A stretch of 64,000 nt of DNA from assembly GCA_045863335.1 (NCBI GenBank), contig BTVY01000006.1, forward strand, positions 32,001-96,000. Reading direction: 5' to 3'. Positions 9,697-18,181 of this stretch are shown here, piece after piece. Below the pieces are notes generated by a model. The model saw only the letters and a program-made list of their open reading frames with translations. It was not told the DNA's origin and ran no database searches. The DNA comes from Candidatus Hydrogenedentota bacterium. GTDB taxonomy: Bacteria; Hydrogenedentota; Hydrogenedentia; Hydrogenedentales; SLHB01. The stretch's first letter is position 1; the number at the start of each line of letters is the position of its first letter. A program made the position numbers and the translations under genes.

Positions 9697-12600
9697 TCAT
9701 GCGACCTGAATACGGTCCAATAGGGCCAAGGCTGCTCTACGATTCAGGTGGCTAGCTGCGTACTGTCCGGAGAAGTCCAAAATGCAGTCTAAGCAAGCTT
9801 TTCGACAAAGCAAGTCGTGATCGGCATTGACATAAAGAATCTCACGGGCCAAGGCCACCCATTCATTCCCGGCGCTTAGCAGTTCACGGCAATGGCCGGC
9901 CCCTCCAGGTGTTACGTCGTATACCACGATGCCAAGACTGGTATTTTGGAGTGGAATGAGTTCTACACCAAGTTCGCGCTCGTCCAATTCGAGGAGCCGC
10001 GAACCTGCCATGGCTAATGCGCGGCCTAAGGAGTAGACGGCGTCGTATACACCAAAGAGTGCGCCCGGTATCTCTAGTAGGATCATGTCTGTGAGTTCTT
10101 TTGCGGCTAGTACGCGATTCCGCAGAACCGGCGGGTTTGGATCTGTTCTGTCCCAACAAAAGCTGCGTGGATTCGCAGAAAATATTGAGGCATGTCTTTC
10201 AAAGTCCGCGGGCAGGCGCATTCGCCCTTGACCGACTTCGATCTCGCTCATGGAAAAGCCACATCTCGTGCACACAGCAAAACCACAATGATTTCTGCCC
10301 GCGTTCCTAACGAGCAGCTCCGCATCTTCACGATAAGTGATGCGAACTCCCTGCATGCCAGCGAAGTCTTGAATTGCTTCTCCGTCACCGCGTTCTGCGA
10401 ACGCAGTCGGACATACGGATTGTTCACCCACTCGTTCAAGATTGGTGCCCAAAGGCTGATCTTCCCAGCCGGCGGTCGTATATCCGAAACGCGGGAACAC
10501 TAGATGTTCCCTAGCAACCGGCTGACTACCGCATCTTGGACACTCCGCATCTGGAGATTGCCGAAGGTAGACATGGTCCTCCGGGCACCTCAATGCGAAA
10601 TATTGCAATCCCAGCGCCTGGTCCAAATTACTGTCCGTCCAGTGTTTTCTTAGGCCACGAGAAGTGGCAACTCGTCCACCAACCAGTACTTGCGACTCAG
10701 GAACGTATTCCCGCAGCGCAAGCATGGAACTGCGCTCGAGTTTGTACCTTTCGTCAGCTGCCGATTCACGGCTGCCATCGGGAACGGGACGGCGCACACT
10801 AAGGCTCTGGAGATTTATGGGAAATCCATACCTTGGCAAGAACCTGTGATCAGCAAGCCACTCGATGACCGTAATATCGGTGAGTGTTCGTACCATGTAC
10901 CGAATGGAATTTGCCTTAGCCATCTGTCGACCAATTTGACTTGTAGGAGTGGCTGGAATCTCGGACCACGCGTCTCGCAAGTAGTTGACGTCCTGTCGCC
11001 ATTCCGATATCGCAGCCCCGAAGGCGATTCGAGCATTATCCAAGAATTCTCGCCAATTCCGAGGCTCCATCGACGTTGACAAGCCAGTTCCTTCAGCAAG
11101 CCGTTGAAATCGAAATTGGAGTCCTCTGTCGTCGTCCTTCAGCTGATTGAGGAATTCAGCAAACGCCAATGCCACATCGACACCATCGTGTGGCCAACTG
11201 GGCCGTGGATCGGTTCTTCGTTTCCAATATGAAGGGGCATTTACTCCACAGAATTGGCCCATACGACCAAATGCGTGCATTGCTCCGGTTCTATCTGGTT
11301 GTCGAGCGCGCAAATACTCTGCCAACAATACGGCGTGAATATGTCTGCGTATCACTTGATTTCGATCCAAGAATACCGTCGGCTTTCTTAACGGACGCTT
11401 AAGAAAATCGCCAAACCTTAGAAAGACTTCTCTGTCGTATTCTGAATCTCTGGCAAAGGTGACGACTAGGGCGGAACCATCTGAGCGCCGTCCAGCCCGG
11501 CCGGCACGTTGCTTATGATTCGCCGGGCCAGGAGGCACGTTGCTCAGCAGAACCCCGTTTAACCCTCCGATATCAATACCAAGTTCCATGGTCGTAGTCG
11601 AAGAAAGGACGTTGCGGATACCCGCCTTGAACAATTCCTGAAGGCGCTTCGTTTCCTGTGGCGATAACTGGGCCGAGTGCTCCTCTGCCCATAGTCCCAT
11701 GCTAAGTATTGTCGAGTTCTTGTATTCGCGCCGTGCACGACCCCACCTTGGATCATTGTCAAGAAATTCCACATCGACGGGCCGTAAGCCCCCTTGACAC
11801 CCCGCGATCGGAGCCCATCCCAATGCCGAACTTGTCCATACCGTACCGGTCGCTTCGCACCAGAAGAGGGAAGCCGGACTTCTTACACTCAGCCGGTCGG
11901 CGAGGATTTGAACTGCTCTATCTTCTTCGTTGGGGCCGGTCTGATGGTGTTCTTCGCGCTTGAGCCACGAGAAACCGGTTTGCTGCAAAACTCCAAATAG
12001 TTGATCAAAGGCTGCGACCAATCCACGCTCCGAGAGTTGGTTGGCATCCGCCTCGGAACAACCGGCGGCGAGCATGACATTCTTCATGAAAATGCGTCTC
12101 AGTTGACCTCCGGTCGCCCCAACAAAAGCCCTGGCACCCCAACCACCGTGATTTCGAGTCAGCCATCGTCCGAGTAGGAGGTACTGTTCCATCCATTTGC
12201 GACTTGGGTTCTCTTGAGACCAATAGAGACAACCATCCATACGCACGGTATCCAACAACAACGTGAGCATGCTTGGCCAAACAGCCCCCAAAGCCTGTCT
12301 CGCCGAAGAAGGCAATTCCTCTTCCAATCGTGGTGGAAGCTGGAGATTGGAAATACCGGGATACACTACTTCGACTAGACCGACCGATTCCGCCGAGGGC
12401 TGGCGCTTGAGAGGACGCTGCAATTCTTTTGCAACCAACGCCTCTGCCTGGGCGCGCACTGCGTCCCTGTTCCTATTCCAGTCAGACTGCGCATATGATC
12501 TCGCTTGGTGGGATTCAGCTTGGGAACGGTCCAAGAGCTCTGCCAACTCGTCACGGCGAGCTACAAGCGATGCGAAATCCACAAACGGAGTACCGGCCCG

Positions 12601-14901
12601 TGCGTGTTCGAGCTGTTCACGTTTCTGAGTCAGCTCACGCGCCAAGTGCTCCCGTAGACCTGGCTCAATCGCTGTGTTGCGAAGCTGGTCCGTAATCCTT
12701 TCGATGTCGCTCTCAAGATACTGAGAAGTTTCCGTACTAGTTAGTTCGCCAACGCATCGCGCAATGGCGGCTCGAACTACTTGAATTTCGTGCTGTTGCG
12801 TAAGCAGCGGACCAAGCCTGGCCGCTGAAGCGCGAGAATCGCTGAAGCAGAGCAGTCGTCGTCCTCCGCCAGGCTTCCAGTTGCTGGAAGGTCCAGGAAT
12901 TGGGGGAAGACCATGAAGCACGGTTTCCGCGGCTACCGAAAGAGCAAAAGGCCGTCCACCGACCAACGCCCTGCAAGTATGCCGCCATTCTGGTTCCAAG
13001 TCTTCGGCTTCCGGTATGGTCCACTCAGACCCGCAAGTAGGGCACAACTGGGGAGAATGGACGTCCTCTCGGTATGCTTTCCACAAACTGACGCCTTGTG
13101 ATCCATGTCCACGGACTTCTCCAAGATGCGGATCGACAACGACTTCCTCGAGCTCTGAACGTCCGCGGTTCGCCAGCAAGTAATACGTTCGATGGGTGGG
13201 TGAGTCGGCAAAATAGCCGGGCTGCAGAGTCGACGTATCCTGATTCTCATGTGCGGCAAGTGCCCACTCGCCGCAATTATCGCACCGGTGAATAGGCAGC
13301 AATAGATGCTCACAGTAGCGGCATACATCCGCGTATGGCTGAAGACATCCAATCGAATCAATGCGGGTACGTTGAGGTCCTGGGCAGCTAGGATTTAGGC
13401 AGACCGACAGTCCTTCTGGCGCTCGGACAAGTAAGTGGAGACGATGAGGCACCAATGGTAGGTCAGATGCCTGCTCGCGTGCAGCCGCGGAAAGACGAAG
13501 TAAAGCGATGGTGGCTCTTCGTTCCTCTATGCCGTCGTTTCCCTCAAAAAGCCTACGCGCCAGTTCTCCGAGGCTTAGAACATTGGCGTCTTCCTCGGAC
13601 AGTGTCTCGGCTAGCTTCCGAATAAGCGGGGACCGTTGAAGTGTTGCATGAAGGAAGCGTGCTGGACAGGCACTTTGAGACTCTAAGGCGGTTTCGATTA
13701 CAGACCGGGCTACTAGAAGAGATACGAGCCCTTTAAGCCTTTCAACGGAGTTTTCGTCATTCTCAACGAGTTGTTCATCCGAAGCAAGTGTCTCAAAATC
13801 GATGCCCGAGGATCGGGCCAATTGCGGAACGCCATTCGAAGTATCTGGCGGAGCTTCAGGCTCCTCGAAAAGTTGTCTGGCGTAGCGACCCTGAATTACG
13901 TGCGTTTGGCTATGGCTATCGGAGAGAATCTCAGACGCAAACTTCCTCAATTCGCCAACAGAACCGCCAAGTGTCGCCGACGTGGCGATTTGCAGGACAT
14001 CTTCGACTGAAACGCCACACCGCTCGCGCACCCTTCTCAACAGCATTGCGATCTCGGCAGCCAGGGAGCCGCTGTAGAGGTGGGCTTCGTCTAAGATGAC
14101 GCACCGAAGATCGGGCCCGAAGAATCGGCTGTCTTGTGGTCTACACAGCATGTACTCAAGCATTGAGTAGTTAGTTATCAGGATGTCAGGAACCCGACTA
14201 AACGGCGGCGAAGCTATGGGGCGGCCATCAGTGGTCTCATACCCGCGGGCCTGCTGTCGTGTCCGAAGTCGACAAGGCTCCCACTCGGGTTCTCCGCGTT
14301 TGTTGGCTAATCGAACGTCTTCGGGAGTTTCACTCGTGAAGTGAAATACGGTAACGTCGCTCTGGCCTCGTAACCACTGGTAGAGGCGATCGACTTGGTC
14401 GGCGACCAAAGCGTTCATTGGATAGAGAATAAGACAGCGTACGCCGCCTTCGGATTGGCGTTCTGGGGCGCTCCATAAGTCGCCAAGGATAGGAAGAAGA
14501 AAGGCTTCCGTCTTTCCTAAACCCGTTCCTGCAGTAATGACTACAGAAGGGCGAGAAACACTGTCCCTGGACGATAGACGGAGCGCTTCAGCTTGATGAC
14601 TGTAGAGCAACCGGTTGATGGGGAACACGTCGTGGGCTTCGATATGCTCGCATAACGACTTTGGGAAGTATCCGTCTTGAGTTAGGGATTCAAGCGTATC
14701 GGAGCCGACTTCCCCTGAGAAAGCCCCTTCAACCCAGAGTTCGCTTACCAATCCTCCCGATTCTCCGGGGCCGGACCAGACAGATTCAGCGGCATCTGCA
14801 ATTTGGGCATCTCGAAAATGGTTCTCCGCTACGGCAAGTTCGACTAAGCGCGTTCGTACGTCTTTGACCAGCTTTAGCGCATCGACATGACTCAAACCCA
14901 A
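9697..14901 (-). CDS. Large SF2 DEAD/DEAH helicase with Zn-binding motifs and C-terminal DUF1998 (Druantia DruE-like)
   Basis: Q motif LYSHQ; Walker A AGTGLGKTE; YPMNALVADQ; TNYSMLEYML; DEAH; SAT; CxxC pairs; FSDSR; TTTMELGIDIG; QRAGRAGR; DUF1998-type 'YDVTPGGAG...CRKACLDC'. TTG start is 14901 or 14895, the latter overlapping the upstream stop. Confidence 0.88.
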   Translation of the reverse strand: MGLSHVDALKLVKDVRTRLVELAVAENHFRDAQIADAAESVWSGPGESGGLVSELWVEGAFSGEVGSDTLESLTQDGYFPKSLCEHIEAHDVFPINRLLYSHQAEALRLSSRDSVSRPSVVITAGTGLGKTEAFLLPILGDLWSAPERQSEGGVRCLILYPMNALVADQVDRLYQWLRGQSDVTVFHFTSETPEDVRLANKRGEPEWEPCRLRTRQQARGYETTDGRPIASPPFSRVPDILITNYSMLEYMLCRPQDSRFFGPDLRCVILDEAHLYSGSLAAEIAMLLRRVRERCGVSVEDVLQIATSATLGGSVGELRKFASEILSDSHSQTHVIQGRYARQLFEEPEAPPDTSNGVPQLARSSGIDFETLASDEQLVENDENSVERLKGLVSLLVARSVIETALESQSACPARFLHATLQRSPLIRKLAETLSEEDANVLSLGELARRLFEGNDGIEERRATIALLRLSAAAREQASDLPLVPHRLHLLVRAPEGLSVCLNPSCPGPQRTRIDSIGCLQPYADVCRYCEHLLLPIHRCDNCGEWALAAHENQDTSTLQPGYFADSPTHRTYYLLANRGRSELEEVVVDPHLGEVRGHGSQGVSLWKAYREDVHSPQLCPTCGSEWTIPEAEDLEPEWRHTCRALVGGRPFALSVAAETVLHGLPPIPGPSSNWKPGGGRRLLCFSDSRASAARLGPLLTQQHEIQVVRAAIARCVGELTSTETSQYLESDIERITDQLRNTAIEPGLREHLARELTQKREQLEHARAGTPFVDFASLVARRDELAELLDRSQAESHQARSYAQSDWNRNRDAVRAQAEALVAKELQRPLKRQPSAESVGLVEVVYPGISNLQLPPRLEEELPSSARQALGAVWPSMLTLLLDTVRMDGCLYWSQENPSRKWMEQYLLLGRWLTRNHGGWGARAFVGATGGQLRRIFMKNVMLAAGCSEADANQLSERGLVAAFDQLFGVLQQTGFSWLKREEHHQTGPNEEDRAVQILADRLSVRSPASLFWCEATGTVWTSSALGWAPIAGCQGGLRPVDVEFLDNDPRWGRARREYKNSTILSMGLWAEEHSAQLSPQETKRLQELFKAGIRNVLSSTTTMELGIDIGGLNGVLLSNVPPGPANHKQRAGRAGRRSDGSALVVTFARDSEYDREVFLRFGDFLKRPLRKPTVFLDRNQVIRRHIHAVLLAEYLRARQPDRTGAMHAFGRMGQFCGVNAPSYWKRRTDPRPSWPHDGVDVALAFAEFLNQLKDDDRGLQFRFQRLAEGTGLSTSMEPRNWREFLDNARIAFGAAISEWRQDVNYLRDAWSEIPATPTSQIGRQMAKANSIRYMVRTLTDITVIEWLADHRFLPRYGFPINLQSLSVRRPVPDGSRESAADERYKLERSSMLALREYVPESQVLVGGRVATSRGLRKHWTDSNLDQALGLQYFALRCPEDHVYLRQSPDAECPRCGSQPVAREHLVFPRFGYTTAGWEDQPLGTNLERVGEQSVCPTAFAERGDGEAIQDFAGMQGVRITYREDAELLVRNAGRNHCGFAVCTRCGFSMSEIEVGQGRMRLPADFERHASIFSANPRSFCWDRTDPNPPVLRNRVLAAKELTDMILLEIPGALFGVYDAVYSLGRALAMAGSRLLELDERELGVELIPLQNTSLGIVVYDVTPGGAGHCRELLSAGNEWVALAREILYVNADHDLLCRKACLDCILDFSGQYAASHLNRRAALALLDRIQVA

Positions 14902-17849
14902 ATCCCCTCCTCTCCGCTTAGCGACAACCAGTAGCAGCAGATGCTCGTGGAAATATACTTCCTACCGGACGGAGATTCCCCAACTTTCGAGATGTCATCA
15001 CAATCTTCATCATTGGGCTTCCAAACTTGGTCGCGCATCGATACTGTCCAGGCGCCCACCAAGTCCGACAGATAGTCAGGTTCCAACTGTGCAAATTGTG
15101 CAGCCGCTTCCTCTAGGTATCCGAGTCGTCGTCTGATTTGTTGATTGCTACTGGTTTTGGCAAGCCCCAATCCTGTGCATACGAATGCACGCAGCAAATC
15201 AAGGGTCTTGGTCTTATCGCGTTTCAAAAAGTGCTCGAGACACTTCCACACCAATATGGGGGACACTTTAGAAAGAGTGTCCAATATTCCTATACATCGT
15301 TCCGGGTTGTGCATACTTCCGTCCCAGTTTGTCAGCGCACCAATCGCATCTCTAGCGTGCGCGGCAGGAAAAGTAGTCCAGAGATAGGTTCTGACAACGA
15401 GGTCGATCCCCGAGATATGCTCGTGCTCGTGAAGGCCGGCCGGAAGACTTGAGTTGACAAGCCACGCGCGAAGAAATCGGCACGGAGAGTGGATAACTTT
15501 TGGGGCAAGCATCTTTGCCAGAGTGGGGTGCAACACTGGGGCTCTCAACCATTTCAACATTGCGTGATCAGTCTCTGACAGATCCTGTCGACCCTCTATA
15601 TACTTTCCGATTCCCTCAAGATCCCACCACGCTCCTAGCCAATACCCTTTCCATGTCAATGCAACCGCCATCGGATAATCCGGAAGATCAAGCTTCCATA
15701 CGTGGTTTGTCGAGCTCTTCAGAATGCGGTCAGTTGGTAGCTTCTTTGGGCGCCCGTTGGCCCCGCCCTCAGCTGTCCAATACCACAAACTGTAGCCTTC
15801 ATCGCCCGCCTCGCCGTACTCCTTCGCGATTGATAAGTGCAGGCTAGCAGGACTACCCAACATGGAAGGCTGAAAGTTTGCGACGCACCCCCGGTCGACG
15901 GACCGCACGTCCAATTGATAGATTCTCTCATCCGAGTGCACACTTAATGACTCTCCGAATCCTGAAAGGTCAGAAAGCACCATGCGCCCGTGTCTTGCTC
16001 TTCCGGCGCGATGATGACCTTCGTGCACGTAGGGATTGGGTGTTGCGTCAGGGACCCACACTCGTAGAAGCGAAGTGCCCTCAGAGCGGTTTACCTCTGC
16101 TCCGGGCTTCAGAGGATGCAGTTTCAGATGGCTAGCGTCTTGCCGGTCGTCGGCGCGCAAGATCGCTGCGGCGGCTAGTTTGAATTCCAGCCTCGGCTTG
16201 AGAGCTCTTGAGCTTCCATTGCACATAGTCCTCACTCGAACTGCGCGTTGTCGGCTTGCTAACTCCGGCGTCAAGCTGATTTCGTTGGGCGTTTCCCACA
16301 TCCCGTCCCCAACTGCATGTAGGTCATACGCCTTGTTATGAATGAGGAGACGCACAGAATCCAGATCGGTAGATAGGCCAGAGACAAGTAGTCGCGTCCG
16401 GTCGTTCAAATTAAATGTGGAATTTCCCGGAGTGGAGAGAACCGGTGTAGCCGTCGTCGGCGCATCTTCAACTTGGCGCAAAGGCTGCCAGAGGATGAAT
16501 TCCTCGTAAATTACTGCAACACTATTTTCCAGTGGCGCTGGTAAGCGTATGGCCTTCCGCGCCACCCCTGCTCGCTCGAAAACTTCCAGCGGTTGGCAGC
16601 CTTCAATAACGCACTTTTTGTCACAGATGAGAGCGTAGTGGCGAGCCGGCTCTAACCTCTCCTCTCCGGCGCGCACCAGTGTCTTCTTGTCGAGATCAAA
16701 TACCAAAACTTCACTTGTCAGTCCCGAGTCTGTAAGGTCCCACTCTACGATGTGTTCACCCCTTTTCGACGAAAGCGCCAGCACACTTGGAGACAAGTTA
16801 GGCGTTCTCCCAGCTGACTGAGGTTCCGCGTAGATTTCTTCGTCACCCGTATAGCCGCCGTTCGATTGGCGGAGCCAACGAGCGACTTTTTTCGTGTCCA
16901 CGTACACATCGATCTCTGGAACATCTGTTTGCTCCTGGATGCGGGCTTTGTCGAGGCGAATCTGAATTCTCGGCTCCCCGCCAAGTGGCCAATGAAGCTC
17001 GATATCTGCAATTGGCGTAAACGCTTCGTCGGTATCGCACTCTCCTCCAGTGGTCGATTCGGCATCGCCATGCCAGTCACCGATGCCAAGCGTCTCAATG
17101 CGAGACTTGGCCTCAACCAATAGGGAGTCTATCCAGGACGGTTGGACCCAAGGACTCGATCGCAATACTTGTCGCGCTTCTTCATCTCCGATTAGGCCGC
17201 GCCTATACTGGATGAAGGCTCGCCACATGGACTTGAATGATTCTGAGGCGAGTTCTGGCAGGTCCATTTCGCCATTCAGGTACCGAACCGTGTGGGGTCT
17301 ACCAAGATTCACTAACCATTCTGCTAATCGATTTCTTGCGCCGTGGTACGTAAAGCCGTATTGCAGTTTGATAGTGATAAACCATTGCTGGGTGCCTTCG
17401 ACATCCATAACATGTCGAAGGTTCAATGCTCGAACCGCATCTTCAATCAAGATCTTGGTGGTGGAGGACGGTTGCCCGTTCGAGAGAAACAGTTCTCTCC
17501 TAAGCGCGTGCGAATCGGGTAAAATGCGGCGAACAGCAGGCCATACGGAATCTTCGTTACTCTCACGCCGACATGCTTCGGCACCGGCGCAGATTAGCAG
17601 TCCGCCGAACATCTGTCGGTAGCTTGCGTACGATTCTCCGGTAAACCGCGAAAAGACAACGGACTTTATCCAGTTCGCGGTACTGTCCGGAGTCAGATGC
17701 AGGAACCACTTGTGCAACCAATCAACCTCATGGTCCTCAAGCTGTAGTTCAGCCATAGACCATGGGCGGTTATACTTCATTCCCGCGTCATGCAATTGCC
17801 GAAAGACTTGCTCCAACGTTGCCAATTGGGGACAAAGATCTTGCCACAC
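14892..17849 (-). CDS. 985-aa hypothetical protein translationally coupled to the helicase (candidate Druantia partner, DruH/DruF-like position)
   Basis: Long ORF whose stop overlaps the helicase start; same atypical composition; no catalytic motif recognised. The partner assignment rests on size and gene order. Confidence 0.7.
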   Translation of the reverse strand: MWQDLCPQLATLEQVFRQLHDAGMKYNRPWSMAELQLEDHEVDWLHKWFLHLTPDSTANWIKSVVFSRFTGESYASYRQMFGGLLICAGAEACRRESNEDSVWPAVRRILPDSHALRRELFLSNGQPSSTTKILIEDAVRALNLRHVMDVEGTQQWFITIKLQYGFTYHGARNRLAEWLVNLGRPHTVRYLNGEMDLPELASESFKSMWRAFIQYRRGLIGDEEARQVLRSSPWVQPSWIDSLLVEAKSRIETLGIGDWHGDAESTTGGECDTDEAFTPIADIELHWPLGGEPRIQIRLDKARIQEQTDVPEIDVYVDTKKVARWLRQSNGGYTGDEEIYAEPQSAGRTPNLSPSVLALSSKRGEHIVEWDLTDSGLTSEVLVFDLDKKTLVRAGEERLEPARHYALICDKKCVIEGCQPLEVFERAGVARKAIRLPAPLENSVAVIYEEFILWQPLRQVEDAPTTATPVLSTPGNSTFNLNDRTRLLVSGLSTDLDSVRLLIHNKAYDLHAVGDGMWETPNEISLTPELASRQRAVRVRTMCNGSSRALKPRLEFKLAAAAILRADDRQDASHLKLHPLKPGAEVNRSEGTSLLRVWVPDATPNPYVHEGHHRAGRARHGRMVLSDLSGFGESLSVHSDERIYQLDVRSVDRGCVANFQPSMLGSPASLHLSIAKEYGEAGDEGYSLWYWTAEGGANGRPKKLPTDRILKSSTNHVWKLDLPDYPMAVALTWKGYWLGAWWDLEGIGKYIEGRQDLSETDHAMLKWLRAPVLHPTLAKMLAPKVIHSPCRFLRAWLVNSSLPAGLHEHEHISGIDLVVRTYLWTTFPAAHARDAIGALTNWDGSMHNPERCIGILDTLSKVSPILVWKCLEHFLKRDKTKTLDLLRAFVCTGLGLAKTSSNQQIRRRLGYLEEAAAQFAQLEPDYLSDLVGAWTVSMRDQVWKPNDEDCDDISKVGESPSGRKYISTSICCYWLSLSGEEGIWV

Positions 17850-18126
17850 GAGTACTTATCCCGCTAGTCGTTTAATTTCTCCGTCGCTGTATCTCTCTCA
17901 CCTAATCGGTGGACCTCGGCACAGCTCAGGGGAATCTGTACCGTAGTCGGCACGTCAATGGGTTCGTCAATCGACCTTCGCTCGTATCCGATACCGAAAA
18001 TTATCGTCTCCTGACGCGACTGTCCTCTTTTTTGCCATGTGCCTGAATCCTCGACACGTCTGGAGACTGCACATTGAACTCGCTCCCATAATGTCGGCTG
18101 TTCTCGAAGTCCGTTCTCCCACTAGG

Positions 18127-18155
18127 AGTCTATGAAAAGCGGATATATATGTCAA
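18127..18155 (-). promoter_or_regulatory. Sigma70-type promoter for the helicase operon
   Basis: Minus strand reads TTGACA-N17-TAGACT (-35 at 18155-18150, -10 at 18132-18127), just inside the right island border. Confidence 0.75.
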
Positions 18156-18181
18156 CGCTTGGAGAAACGCCGGCTGCGTCT

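Larger units (their letters stand above)
9539..18181. mobile_element. Putative horizontally acquired defence island (no mobility gene inside)
   Basis: Visibly lower GC and more A/T-ending codons than the flanking genes; holds only the two-gene helicase operon; 9-bp direct repeat tcacaacac at 9530-9538 and 18182-18190. Confidence 0.6.

Noticed and set aside
9697-14901. DISARM (DrmA/DrmB) or Dpd assignment for the helicase
   Set aside because: Helicase and DUF1998 are in one polypeptide, and there is no methylase, SNF2, PLD or dpd gene nearby. A Druantia-like layout fits better.
17864-18121. 86-codon stop-free minus-strand frame upstream of the 985-aa gene
   Set aside because: No start codon near its 5' end and no recognisable motif; cannot be supported as a gene or pseudogene.
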